From: Selaginella moellendorffii
Taxonomy: Eukaryota > Plantae > Lycopodiophyta
Assembly (NCBI RefSeq): GCF_000143415.4
Contig: NW_003314324.1
Span: 695,379 to 759,378, forward strand
Reading direction: 5' to 3'
Length of the DNA stretch: 64,000 nucleotides
The notes below the pieces were generated by a model. It made no database searches and had not been told where the DNA came from. It saw only the letters and a program-made list of their open reading frames with translations. This document shows, one piece after another, positions 11,339-23,909 of this stretch; position 1 is the stretch's first letter; each line of letters opens with the position of its first letter. The position numbers and the translations under genes are program-made.

Positions 11339-12082
11339 TGGCATGTGGCCCTTTGCACTAGTATATCTTAATACCGGTCTGAGAAATAGAATGGCATGTG
11401 CTCTCAGGCCTTTTACTAAATCACCTTTGAAAGAAATGCCAGACTCTATGTCGTAAAAAAAAGGTACTAGAGAAATTCCTTAATAATATGAATGTTATTT
11501 AGTTTCATGAAAATACACTAAGGGTCAAATGAGTTAAATGACTTCTCCAGACTAGCAATGCCTCTTGCTACACCTTCACAATTAGATTCGTTAGAAAAAG
11601 ATAACATTGAATAATATCTAAATGTTCTCACCATTAAGTTATATGTCTGGCTAATAGGAATGACGTTCATCTTGGAAAGCTCACCACACGCTCAATGAAC
11701 AAACAAATAGTGTGTGCGCGCATGCCATCGCTCTTCTTTAGCTTTAGATTCGGCTTGTTCACCTTGACAATGAGATTTATTATACAACCAGATGGACTCA
11801 GTTTGGACACAAAGTCACCGCGCTAGTCACCATGCCCCAGATATGTCTAGCCCCTGGACAAAAAACATATAATTTCACGTCATTTTCAAATACTTGAAAA
11901 TTTGTACCTAGTCCTATTTTACTGAATAAATCCCACTTTAACGAAATAGAGCTTTTTACCGATTTGTGCCTCAATCTCGTAAGGCCCCGCAAACCTGCTT
12001 AAGGAACTCAAGATCAATTCATTTACAGGAATACATGTGTTTTTACCTTTGGGTCAACTTTTGGCTGATCCCACTTGGTAGC

Positions 12083-13828
12083 TGTGAGACACAAAATCCC
12101 TAGGCCCCAAAGTGGAGCTGGAAGGGCGCCACCTGGTAGTGGCCGAAGCGAGAGCCAAAAGAGAGTAACACGTTTGGACCAAAAGCTCCGACTTGAAAAG
12201 TCAAGAGCGGGAGTGGAACTCCCAACGAAGTGCTCGAGGAACGAGCACGAAGCGAGCAAAAGGCGAGGCTCCAAAAAGGGACCCAAAAGGACCAACACAT
12301 GACACGTGGGAGTGTCCGAGATGGACTCGACTTGGAGTCCGAAGTGGAGTCCGAGATAGACTCGAGTTGGAGTCCGAAGTGGAGTCCGAGATGGACCCGA
12401 GTTGGAGTCCGAAGTGGAGTCCGAGATGGACCCGAGTTGGAGTCCGAAGTGGAGTCCGAGATGGAGTCCGAGATGGAGTCCGAGATGGAGTCCGAGTTGG
12501 AGTCCGAGGTGGACCCGAGATGGACCCGAGTTGGAGTCCGAAGTGGAGTCCGAGATGGACCCGAGATGGAGTCCGAGATGGAGTCTGAGATGGAGTCCGA
12601 GGTGGACCCGAGATGGACCCGAAATGGAGTCCGAGATGGAGTCCGAGATGGACCCAAGATGGAGTCCGAGATGGAGTCCGAAGTCGAGACCGAGACCGGG
12701 ACCAAGACCGGGACCGAGACCGAGACCGAGACCGAGATCGGGACCGAGACCGAGACCGAGGCCGAGGCCGAGACCGAGCCCGAGCCCGAGTCCGAGTCTG
12801 AGTCCGAGTCCGAGTCCGAGTCCGGAGCCTGAGAGGGTGAAAGCCCAAAGCGTTCGTCTCCCAGACCCTGGGGGGTTTGGTGAGCTCCAAAAGTATAGTA
12901 GGGGGAGGACTGCAGTGGAGCCAGTTTGGCCAGGAAAGGCCAGTTTGGCCCAGGAAGGCCAGACCCAGTGTTGGGTGATGAGCTGCCCACTGGGAAGTCC
13001 AAGACTAGAGTGAACACAGACCGACAAGCGGGGTAGCTTGGTGAAGTGTTCAAGAGCCGGCTCTAGTTCCCCCGGGAGATCGACTGGCCGATGCTCCCAG
13101 TCCAAGTGTGGGTGGCACTACCTACTTGGATACCAAGCGTGGCTCAATGGAACCTCGCTCTAAGCCCATGGCTAGAGCACCTAAAGGCGATAGGTGGGGA
13201 GAGTACCCAGGTGGCTCGCGTAAGGCCACGGTGTTCCGAAATGTTGTCCCAAAGGCCCAGACTGTGGAAAGGAAGCGGAGCAGTCCTCTGGGGTAGTGAC
13301 CAAGGACACAGTCATGTGGTGAGGAAGTCCCAGAGGACCGTGGGACTTAGTGGTCGGGCCTGTGGGCCTTGATCCAGTGGCAGTGTTGGCAAACACGGCC
13401 AGGGGCAGAAAGGGACTTGGTAGGAACTGACAAAGGGACTTTGGGGAAGGCAACTCCCCAGGTCTGTGGGCATCCTAAGGATGCTAAGGAGTGGATCTAG
13501 GATGACCACTCGTGGACACATGGCCCAGTCTTGGAGAGACGAGGTGGTGATGCAAGAGGTGTTGAACCACTAGTGCAGCAAAGGTGAATGGGCATGGCCT
13601 TAGCGTAACGGGCCGAGATGTCAGTGGTACCTATGGGTGTCGGTCTCAGGACCAGACACGTGGAGCACTTGGACCAGGTGCAAGTGTGGAGTGGCATGGA
13701 TGCCATTCTTGAGGCTAGCAAGTCCCAAGTCCTGAATTGGACTGATGGAGGTTGTGAATGAGACTCCTCCAAGTGGTCGGAGGTGTGGTTAAGTGACTAA
13801 AGTAGAATGGAAAAATTAGTCACTTACA
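12083..13828 (+). repeat. 5' LTR (1746 bp) with an internal 6/12-bp GAGTCC/GAGATG tandem array
   Basis: Begins TGTGAGACAC, ends CACTTACA; duplicated at 17860-19599. Confidence 0.95.
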
Positions 13829-13831
13829 ACT

Positions 13832-13843
13832 TGGTATCGGAGC
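13832..13843 (+). promoter_or_regulatory. Primer-binding site (initiator tRNA-Met type)
   Basis: TGGTATCGGAGC, 3 nt after the 5' LTR; canonical plant PBS is TGGTATCAGAGC. Confidence 0.9.
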
Positions 13844-16800
13844 TGTTCCTTAGTCCGACTTTTATTGGTGCTCAAGTATATCACCACTAGTGTTGGCATC
13901 GGAAGGTCCAAGGAGTGGGCCTATCCTTGAGGAGTAGCAAGTCGGGAAGACATGGCTCTCCATTACAGTTCATGTGTGAACTTGTAGACGAGGTGGTGGA
14001 TAGAAAAGGGCCAATAATGGAACGACTTTGGGATCTTGGGAACAGTATATGGTTTTCCTCAAAGAGTTGAGGATGTGATCCAGATGAGCGTTTGACTTAG
14101 CAAACTGGCTAATGTAGTTGTGGTAAACAACTACAGTTGGGATCACGGAAAAGATAAAGACTCCAAAGCAATAAAGGAGTCACAAGATTATCCTCATATA
14201 GTTGAGGTTGGTGCTCATGAATGTGAGACCAAAGGTAATGACCGTGGAAGGTCAAATACGGAAGAGGACTCAAGTCCTTGAAATGGTAGCCGGGGCTACC
14301 TCTAATAAATGCTGGAACAACCCAAGGAGTTGGGGGTGTATTAAGTGGATGAGTTGGTATTCTCATCACATGGACAAGTAGTCCTAAGGGGCAAAGGTTG
14401 CCCCCAGAGAACAAAATCAAGTGTCGGAGTAACACTTGTGAAAATAGTCCTTTTGAGTAAGACCGGAATGCAAGATGTGTATTCCAGTGAGCTAGTGCCT
14501 CACAAGTCGGTGGATTAACCAAGTCCAAAACTGCTAGACGACTCAAGTAGAGTCAAGGGAAGGTCCTAAAAAGGACTGAATGAAGCATTTGGACTGAGGT
14601 GCGTTGTACCCCACAAAGGATGGGGGGGGATCATAGGATCCAAGGATGAGAACAGAGAGTATCTCATCGATGGCAAAATGTGTCATGCTAAAGTTATGGG
14701 AAAGGTGTTCCCAGAAGAAAACAACTTTGACATAAAGTTGTGTGTGACCTCTATGGGGCAGTGCTAATGGTTGGCATGAGAAAGAGCGGTGTTGGTCTTG
14801 GCAAAGACTTAGACACGAAGGGGAAATGTCATAGAGGTAGGCTTGTGGAGCCGATGGTGTGGAGACACCAAATGTGCCAAGGTGTGATACCTTGAGGCTA
14901 TGTTGGTGGGTTCATGAGAACCCCTTGCCAAAGGAATCCCAATGGAAATGGGAATAGCATAACCTAAGCTGCAAAGCATGCAGTTGGAGTGTGGTGACCC
15001 AGATAGTGATGGAGGTGTGAAAGCACCAAGCAATGAGTTGTAGAACTTGACAACTATGAGGCAACTAAGCAAGAGGTGCAAAATAACTGGTTAAACGGGT
15101 AGGAGGTAGCTACCCAAGACTTCTAGTATAGGGAAGTCGGATATACCCTTACGAGGGATAAGTTGCTTATGTTGCGATATAGTAAGTCAATGTCATAAAA
15201 GGAAATACTCATTGTCAAGAAAGCCATCATTGGGACACCCGAACACTCTAGAACACCAGAAGGTGGTGTTTGATGTCGCGAGGGCAATGGATAAAGCCCA
15301 AGGGACTAAGTCCCTAGCGAATGATGGATAGAAGGTGCTATCCAAATGTCCAAGGTTGCGGAGACAGGAGAGGACTGTCTACCCGAGTTGGACAAAGCCA
15401 AAAATGGAATTTTGGCAAGGCTAGTGATGGGCATGTAAAGGCCCATAAGCAACAATGTAATCCCAGTGTGTGGGATTATAAGGTGAGCATACCCGGATTG
15501 AGGAACCACTCCCTAGGCTATTGGGTAGGTTCATCCCTAAGAATACTTGTTAAAGCGTGATAGAAAGTGCAAAGCTATCCTCCTGGTCTGGAGGAGAATG
15601 ACCAAAGGAAAGGTGTGAAGCCAAAAAGCAAGAAGTAAGGGGATAGAACCGAACCATAGGAATCAAAGGGCATAACCAAGGTTGGTTATGCCAGCTGGGA
15701 GTGGAGAATCAAGTGGGGGCTCGAGGGTGTTGCCGCTAGCAACCATGATGCCATGGAGAGTCTAAAATATGGAATTGTCCATGTTAGACTATGTGGCATT
15801 TTGAGGGCTTGCAAAAAGGGAGGCCTTAACAAGCTGAGGGACAGAGTTCCTTCAAGGTTCCCAAAGACGATTCTAGGTAGCTTAGTACCTAGAAAGGCCA
15901 AGTGTAAATGGTTCATGGAACGCGCGAAATCAGAGTGGCGCAGCAAAAGCGTGGTCTTGAAGCTTGCCATAAGGCAAGGCTATCAAGGTTAGGGAAGTAG
16001 TTCCCGAGTGTTCAAAGAGAGGGCTTTGAACAAAAGTCGATGGTCAAGGACTTTCACGCTTATGCAGGAACCATGTTACAGTGGTCGGAGGACTTGCCAA
16101 GCGAGACTGGCACGTCGGGGGAACAAATACCCTAGTTGAAGGTGATAACTTCAAAAGGGGTGGGCCATGGGGCCGAGCATGGAGGAGTCCATGCATGATC
16201 ATAGACATGTCAAGTGAGAGGACTTGGCAGTGTGGAGGAACTAGGTTCCTAAGCTGTGATCTGTAGCGCGCTTTAAAAATAAGTTGGTGCACCGGCGTGG
16301 GGAGTCACGCCAGGCATCTTGTGTGATGCCGTCCGTAGATGCATATACGGAGGTTGGGTTCGAGTCCCGACCCTCTAGTGCTTGGGTTCGAGTCCCAAAT
16401 CACTAGGGCGTGGTGATGGTTTGGAATATGAGGACACTCATATTTCGGTGGTCATGGACTCTCAGTGGGGAGACTGGTTTGGGCACACCGCCAAGCGAGG
16501 GATGCCTCGGAGTCGTGATGCACGGTTAGATTGCTTAGTGTGAAAGCTCAGCATATCTAACTTGAACACTTTGGTGCAAGTGGCACCAAGGTCGTGGTGA
16601 GTGAGATGGGGACACCTAATCTCAGTTGCTATGAACCCTTGGCCGTAAGGGCTAGCTTGGGTGCACCGCCAAGTGTGGGGGATGCCCCCGGGGTTATAGT
16701 CAACAACTTGGAGGTCTAAAAAACCAAGTACCTCTTGGCAACTCTGTTAAGGTGCCAAGGTGAGATCACTAGGTGATCTTATGGCCAGATAAGGACAAAG

Positions 16801-17859
16801 TCCTTGGTTGGCTAAGGAATGAAGTTCCTGGTTCAAAATGTTGAAATTGAACTGTTTAAGGTGGTGTGGCTTGGTCGTGATAACCAAGTGGGAAGAGCAC
16901 CTAAGGGAAATAAACTATGTCCGTGCGATGGCATAGTGAGTCCGAGGAAAGTAGTCTCTATAAAAGACCCATGGGAGGGTCACGAAGTTGGGCCGTGGAT
17001 AGAGCCCATAGCAGAAGATGCTAAAGAGACGTACTAGGGGTGAACGTCCTCCGGACTTGGCAAAGAAGAGTCTTTGCTATGGAACCGAAACATTACCTCA
17101 AGGAGGGAGGTAGAGATTCGATGTTGCTTGGTGCAACAATCAACGAATAGGAGCAAAAGATGAGTGGCCAAGATAGGGCCGTGGAATCCCTTGGAAGGAA
17201 TCCAAGTGACAAAGTTAGGCGAGGAACACTAATGTGTTGGACGCTAACAAGTTGCGGGAAAGGAAGTGTGTTTCCAAGGAGGGATTCCGAAATGCTCCGA
17301 TTTGGCGAAAGTGGAAGCTCCAAGGGAGGGAGCGGTAAGGTAGCCAAATGATAGGGCCATGAACAGCCCTAGCACAAAGTATGATAACTGGAACTTTGGC
17401 ACGAAATAGAAGAGAGGATGATGGTGCCCTCGAGTAGAGAACTTCCTAGGATGGGAAGTGGAGTTGCACAAAAGGTGCAAGGCAAGGTGTCGGAGACACC
17501 TAAGAAATTGACTCCAAGAAGTCAAAATTCAAAGTTCCAAAGTGCAAAGGTTATATCGATGGAAATTGAGACTACTCGAGAAGGAGTAGTGGGATTGACT
17601 TAGAGAAGGGTCTCTAAGAGGTTTAGCGAGAACTAAACCAATAAAAGGATGAACCATTACATGTGGTCCAATCAGTCTCTAAATTGGAGAGACTACGCTC
17701 CTTAAAGGATGGACAAGGCATGGTGAGCCTTTGATGTCAAACCATAGACAAAGATTGGCTAGGTGCCAAAGATGGAAATGGTAACACATGTGGGTGTTAC
17801 TTTATGAAAGGGTTTACCGTTCGATGAGGACATCGAACTTCGTCTATGGGTGGTGGAGT

Positions 17860-19599
17860 TGTGAGACACAAAATCCCTAGGCCCCAAAGTGGAGCTGGAA
17901 GGGCGCCACCTGGTAGTGGCCGAAGCGAGAGCCAAAAGAGAGTAACACGTTTGGACCAAAAGCTCCGACTTGAAAAGTCAAGAGCGGGAGTGGAACTCCC
18001 AACGAAGTGCTCGAGGAACGAGCACGAAGCGAGCAAAAGGCGAGGCTCCAAAAAGGGACCCAAAAGGACCAACACATGACACGTGGGAGTGTCCGAGATG
18101 GACTCGACTTGGAGTCCGAAGTGGAGTCCGAGATAGACTCGAGTTGGAGTCCGAAGTGGAGTCCGAGATGGACCCGAGTTGGAGTCCGAAGTGGAGTCCG
18201 AGATGGACCCGAGTTGGAGTCCGAAGTGGAGTCCGAGATGGAGTCCGAGATGGAGTCCGAGATGGAGTCCGAGTTGGAGTCCGAGGTGGACCCGAGATGG
18301 ACCCGAGTTGGAGTCCGAAGTGGAGTCCGAGATGGACCCGAGATGGAGTCCGAGATGGAGTCTGAGATGGAGTCCGAGGTGGACCCGAGATGGACCCGAA
18401 ATGGAGTCCGAGATGGAGTCCGAGATGGACCCAAGATGGAGTCCGAGATGGAGTCCGAAGTCGAGACCGAGACCGGGACCAAGACCGGGACCGAGACCGA
18501 GACCGAGACCGAGATCGGGACCGAGACCGAGACCGAGGCCGAGACCGAGCCCGAGCCCGAGTCCGAGTTTGAGTCCGAGTCCGAGTCCGAGTCCGGAGCC
18601 TGAGAGGGTGAAAGCCCAAAGCGTTCGTCTCCCAGACCCTGGGGGGTTTGGTGAGCTCCAAAAGTATAGTAGGGGGAGGACTGCAGTGGAGCCAGTTTGG
18701 CCAGGAAAGGCCAGTTTGGCCCAGGAAGGCCAGACCCAGTGTTGGGTGATGAGCTGCCCACTAGGAAGTCCAAGACTAGAGTGAACACAGACCGACAAGC
18801 GGGGTAGCTTGGTGAAGTGTTCAAGAGCCGGCTCTAGTTCCCCCGGGAGATCGACTGGCCGATGCTCCCAGTCCAAGTGTGGGTGGCACTACCTACTTGG
18901 ATACCAAGCGTGGCTCAATGGAACCTCGCTCTAAGCCCATGGCTAGAGCACCTAAAGGCGATAGGTGGGGAGAGTACCCAGGTGGCTCGCGTAAGGCCAC
19001 GGTGTTCCGAAATGTTGTCCCAAAGGCCCAGACTGTGGAAAGGAAGCGGAGCAGTCCTCTGGGGTAGTGACCAAGGACACAGTCATGTGGTGAGGAAGTC
19101 CCAGAGGACCGTGGGACTTAGTGGTCGGGCCTGTGGGCCTCGATCCAGTGGCAGTGTTGGCAAACACGGCCAGGGGCAGAAAGGGACTTGGTAGGAACTG
19201 ACAAAGGGACTTTGGGGAAGGCAACTCCCCAGGTCTGTGGGCATCCTAAGGATGCTAAGGAGTGGATCTAGGATGACCACTCGTGGACACATGGCCCAGT
19301 CTTGGAGAGACGAGGTGGTGATGCAAGAGGTGTTGAACCACTAGTGCAGCAAAGGTGAATGGGCATGGCCTTAGCGTAACGGGCCGAGATGTCAGTGGTA
19401 CCTATGGGTGTCGGTCTCAGGACCAGACACGTGGAGCACTTGGACCAGGTGCAAGTGTGGAGTGGCATGGATGCCATTCTTGAGGCTAGCAAGTCCCAAG
19501 TCCTGAATTGGACTGATGGAGGTTGTGAATGAGACTCCTCCAAGTGGTCGGAGGTGTGGTTAAGTGACTAAAGTAGAATGGAAAAATTAGTCACTTACA
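17860..19599 (+). repeat. 3' LTR (1740 bp)
   Basis: Copy of 12083-13828 with one 6-bp indel and about 3 substitutions seen by eye; preceded by PPT-like ATGGGTGGTGGAGT. Confidence 0.95.
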
Positions 19600-22500
19600 G
19601 TAGCCTGAGGTTCTTGGTGTTCAGCCACACCTTCTCCCTAGCTTGGAACTCTACATCCCGGCGCTTTTGGTTCGCGTACTTGGTTTGCCTTTGTTGAGCT
19701 TGTTCCAAGGAATCCCTCACTAGATTCCAAATGTTGAGTCTTTCCGCCGTGAATGCCTCCACTGCGGGTAGCTCTCCAAGATACTTGGCCACACCAAGTT
19801 CCACAGGACCTTCAATAGCTCGCCCATTGATGACTTCCCATGGACTCACCCCGATACTCGAATGTGGTGAGTTGTTATAACACATTTCCGCAAGTCCCAA
19901 ATGACTTACCCAGTTGGTCTAGTCTCTTGAGACATAGCATTGCAAATAATCCTCCAGCTGCCTATTCACCCTTTCCGTTTGTCCGTCTGTCAAGAAGTGT
20001 TAGTGCCATCAAACTTGACTTAATACCCAATACCTGTCTGTGGGTGATAGGCTATGCTGAATTTCAACTTGGTGCGATACTATTCCAGGAGAGTCCTCCA
20101 GAACCTACTAGTGAAGATCTTATCTCGATCTGAGATAATCTCTTCCGACCTTCCCTGCACTCGATCCACTTGTTCAAAGAACAACTTCGCTACACCTTCC
20201 ACATCCACTTCCGTTGTGATGGGTATGAAATGTGCCATTTTCGAAAATCGGTCCACCACCACGAATATCGCTTGGGGGAAGTCCTGTGATGAAGTCCATC
20301 GTAAGACATTTCCACGGATGATCCGGAATTGGGATGCTTTGCAACAAGCCCTCACTAGCCTTAGTCACGGCTTTGACCTGCTGACATGTTGGACATGTCT
20401 TTACATAGTCTTGGACATCCTTAGCTATATCTGGCCAATGGTACTTCCTCTTGAGTAAGCCCATCGTCTTGGGCACTCTACTGTGTCCTGCAAGAGGTCC
20501 GTCATGACACTCTTCTAAGGCTACCTTCCTTAGTTCCCCTTCTAGAACATACACCCTCGTTTGCTTGTAATAGATGAATCCGTTGCATTCCGCATAGCCC
20601 GTTTTCTCTTCTGTTGGCAGCTCACCTCTTTGGTGAGCTTCCCGTGCCTCTAGATTCCTTAGGGACACTTCTTGTGCGGACAACATATGAGAATGATGGT
20701 CTAGCACATCGTCCCAAAAGGTTGCTGTCGCACTGGATATCACCAACTTCAAGCTCACTTTTTGACTCAGCGCATCTGCCACGATGTTGCTCTTCCCAAG
20801 CTTATACAGAATCTCGCAATCAAACTCGGCCAAGGCATTGGCCCACCGACCCTGTTTCCCTCTCAAGTCAGGCTGTGACAAGAAGTGTTTCGTTGCCATA
20901 TTGTTCGTGTAAACCTTGAAGTGTCTCCCAAGGTAGTGTCGCCACTCCTTGAGTGCCTTGACCACCGCAAACAATTCCTTCTTGTGGGCAGGCCACTTTC
21001 GTTAAGCCTTGTCCAACTTCTTCGAGAAGAACACTACTGGATGGTTGTCTTGCTTCAAAACTGCGCCTAACGCAAAATCTGAAGCATCTGTTTCTACCTC
21101 AAAGTCCTTACCAAATTCTGGTAATGCCAATATGGTAGCCTTCCTCAACTTCCCTTTGAGGTGTACGAATGCTACCTCGCATTCCGCCGTCCATACCATC
21201 TTCCCTTTTCCTGTTTGGTCCGTTAAGGGTAGGGCTACTCTCGAATAGTGTCTGATAAACTTTCGGTAGTAGTTGCATAGCCCCAAGAATGCCCTCAACT
21301 CATGTACATTCGCTGGTCGCTCCCATTCCTGGATCGCTTGGACCTTCTTCGGGTCCACCTTGAGCCCGTCCTGGCCCACCACATGCCCGAGAAACTTTAC
21401 CTCTTGTTGAGCAAAGTCACATTTGCTCTCTTTAGCATACAGTTTGTGTTTCCTTAGTTTCTCAAACACCTTCGCCAAGTGTTCAGCATGCTCTTTTAGC
21501 GTCTCGCTATAGATCAGGATGTCGTCGATATAGACGACCACGAAATGATTCAGATATGGTACAAAGATATGGTTCATCAACACCAAAAACGTTGCCGGCA
21601 CATTGCACAGCCCAAAGGGCATCACCAGAAACTCAAAGCTCCCATACCTGGTTCTACAAGTTGTCTTCTCGACATCTTCCTCTACTACCCTGATCTGGTA
21701 GTATCTTGACCTCAGGTCAATCCTCGAGAAGTATTTTGCGTTTCCCAACCTATTGAACAGGTCCTCAATCCTTGGCAAAGGGTACTTGTTCTTTTTTGTA
21801 TACTTGTTGAGCAACCGATAGTCTATGCACATACACATAGATTCATCTTTCTTTTTCACAAATAGCACCGATGCCCCATACGGTGACTTGCTCAACCTAA
21901 CATACCCTTTATCCACCAACTCCTTTAGTTGGCGCTTGAGCTCCTCAAGTTCTTTTTCGTTCAAATGATAAGGGGGATGAACCATCGCCTCAGCACCCTC
22001 AACCAGCTCAATCTTATGTTCTATCGGTCGTGCGGGGGGCAACCCTGCCGGTAACTCCTCCGGCATGGTATTCTGGAATTGGTCCAACACCCGCTGGATC
22101 ACTAAAAGTACTTCTTCTGTTCCTGTCTTTTTGTCACTCTTCACCGAGAGTAAGCATAAAAATGCTACCTTAGTTCCTTTAGTGAGTTGTCCTCTCGTGT
22201 ACACCAAGTTTAAGTAGGATTCTTTAGCCTTGCTTTGCCCTACCTTTAGATCTTGGGCCTCCACCCTAGATCTTCTTCCTTGGGCATTTGCCAGTACCAC
22301 AAGATTCCTACCTTGTCCATGCAGGGCTACCATGAACCAATTGAACCAATCCAATGTCAAATCCCGTCATGTCCAACACGGTGAAATCCATGTTTACTTT
22401 CCATGTCCCTACTTCAACTCTCACTTGTCGAAGTACCTCATCGGTGCTTTGGCTACCTTGAACAAACTCCATAGTCCTTGGTTCGCCTAGCCACTGCACC

Positions 22501-22600
22501 GTTAGTCTGGCTTGCCAGACTATGTTTGCAGCCACATTATCCGAAACACCCGTGTCAATAAGGATCTTAACAAAGCTACCTCCGAGCTTCCCTCAGAGGG
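19600..22600 (-). pseudogene. pol: Ty3/gypsy pol (protease, RT, RNase H, integrase), with stops and frameshifts
   Basis: LIDTG protease; [17 protein letters not shown] and [11 protein letters not shown] (RT); [14 protein letters not shown] (RH); H..PLAGH...CPTCQ and MDFITGLP (INT). Confidence 0.93.
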
Positions 22601-22686
22601 CTAGTAGATGTCACGAACGACTCTTTACCAAAGTTGCTCGTGTAATGAGTAACTTTGAGTTAGGGACTAGATCACATACCTCAATT

Positions 22687-23830
22687 TCACCCAACTTCAC
22701 ACGGGTAGGGACATTCCCTCGAAAAGTGTCCCGCTTCACTGCAGTTGTAACATACATTGTTTCCCACGCTGCTATACGACTTGACCTTCTTATCCGTGGG
22801 TCTGTCTCTTTTTGCTTGACTCCCCCACGTACTCGCTCGCTGGCCACCGGATTTGCCTTTCCGGAACCCCAAGGACTCATTCTTAGAGAAACTCTTCTTG
22901 AATTTCCCTCTGCTATATGTTCCCCTTGGTTTGGCCCCTTTGCTAAACTTGGACCCCAACCCCGTCGCGTTCTCCTTTCGCAGGTTATCGTTGAAATGCA
23001 CCTTGATGGCCACATCCAACTCTTCCTTATAGTTGGTTGGGTTTCAACGCATCACCTTACCGCGAGCCCAGGTTTGCAAACCTGATATGAAGGCATGGAA
23101 TGCATCCATATCCCCCATGTCCGTGACAAGTATCCTCTTTGCCATAAACCCATTCACATACTCCTAAATGGTTTCGGTCTGCTTCGACCTACTCAACTCG
23201 TCCCTTAGATGTAGAGTAACATTCGGAGGAACGTAAGTCGTGCGGATCCTCGCCTTCATCATTTCCCAAGTGGCCACCGGTCCTTCGTTGGCCTCCGTCG
23301 TTCTCCACCAAGATTTGGCATTATCTGCCAAGTATGGTTTTGCACATGGGACCTTCTCCGAGCTCAGTAACTGCAACGCTCGGAAGTAGTCCTCCATATC
23401 ATAAAACCAATCCTCCACCACCTTATAGTTGTTCACTCCCTTGAAGACCGGTGGGGGCTTTGGTTTGTACTTGGGAACTGCCTAAGGGACTGATTCCACT
23501 TCAGTCTGTTCAACCTTGTCTAGTTTTGCCTCAGTCCCTATCGAAGGGTCCGCACCTTCTGCGCTGCCAGCATCCACAGTCTTTCACTTTTTCTTCCGCT
23601 TTTTGTCACGTTTTAGCTTGCGTACGAGAGTCTCCAGCAGAGCATTGGTCTCTGCCAATTGTCCTTCTAGAACATCCAATCGAGCCTTGGACGACCGAAC
23701 CTCGCCACCAGACTCCTGTTTGGAAGTTTCCTCACCGGAGTCCTCCTCATGCAAGGATTCCTCATCCATAGCCTCTTGTTCGACTAGAGGCTCTAGCTCT
23801 GGTAGGGGTTTTGTCTCCGTCTGTGTTCAT
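22687..23830 (-). pseudogene. gag: Ty3/gypsy gag with CCHC zinc knuckle, disrupted
   Basis: DWFYDMEDYF...AKSWW capsid-like segment; CYNCSEAGHFSREC knuckle. Confidence 0.85.
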
Positions 23831-23909
23831 TTCTGCCCTGCCTTTGGCATCTCCCAGCAATCCTCCTCTATCCTTTGCTACAACTGAGGAAAAGGCTCCG
23901 ATACCAAAT

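Larger units (their letters stand above)
1..11412. mobile_element. Large two-gene DNA-transposon-like element (DUF7869/Sola-like DDD transposase + divergent ParB/MTase-like/HAD gene); termini not resolved
   Basis: A transposase-like ORF and a divergent cargo gene share a dispersed 22-bp palindrome found from 1058 to 11412 and not beyond. Both genes carry nonsense mutations. No TIR/TSD can be assigned because the left end is outside the window. Confidence 0.7.
1058..11412. repeat. Dispersed 22-bp palindrome family, consensus ATGGCRTGDGGCCHCAYGCCAT (~20 copies)
   Basis: Copies start at 1058, 1133, 2350, 2541, 2682, 4181, 5450, 5510, 5587, 6305, 6384, 7247, 7319, 7934, 8032, 8102, 9939, 9996, 11338 and 11391; some are degenerate. 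Confidence 0.9.
12083..19599 (+). mobile_element. Young non-autonomous (LARD-like) LTR retrotransposon, 7.5 kb
   Basis: Two near-identical TG...CA LTRs; 5-bp TSD GTAGC (12078-12082, 19600-19604); PBS after LTR1; purine-rich tract before LTR2. The 4-kb internal region has no gag/pol ORF. Confidence 0.93.

Noticed and set aside
1058-11412. Palindromes as a CRISPR array
   Set aside because: Spacing is irregular (tens of bp to ~2 kb), copies lie in introns and exons, there are no cas genes, and the context is eukaryotic.
11413-12045. Right terminus/TIR of the DNA transposon
   Set aside because: There is no partner end in the window to compare with, so no terminus can be supported.
12965-13005. 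Hammerhead ribozyme (retrozyme) in the LTR near GTGATGAG
   Set aside because: Lacks the CUGAUGA...GAAA core and the supporting stems.
12023-13105. Long Ser-Asp / Gly-Leu / Arg-rich ORFs (also 17797-18876 and 24714-25029)
   Set aside because: Artefacts of the hexamer tandem array inside the LTRs; open in several frames on both strands.
16330-16400. tRNA gene within the LTR element
   Set aside because: Only T-arm/B-box-like motifs; no acceptor, D or anticodon arms.
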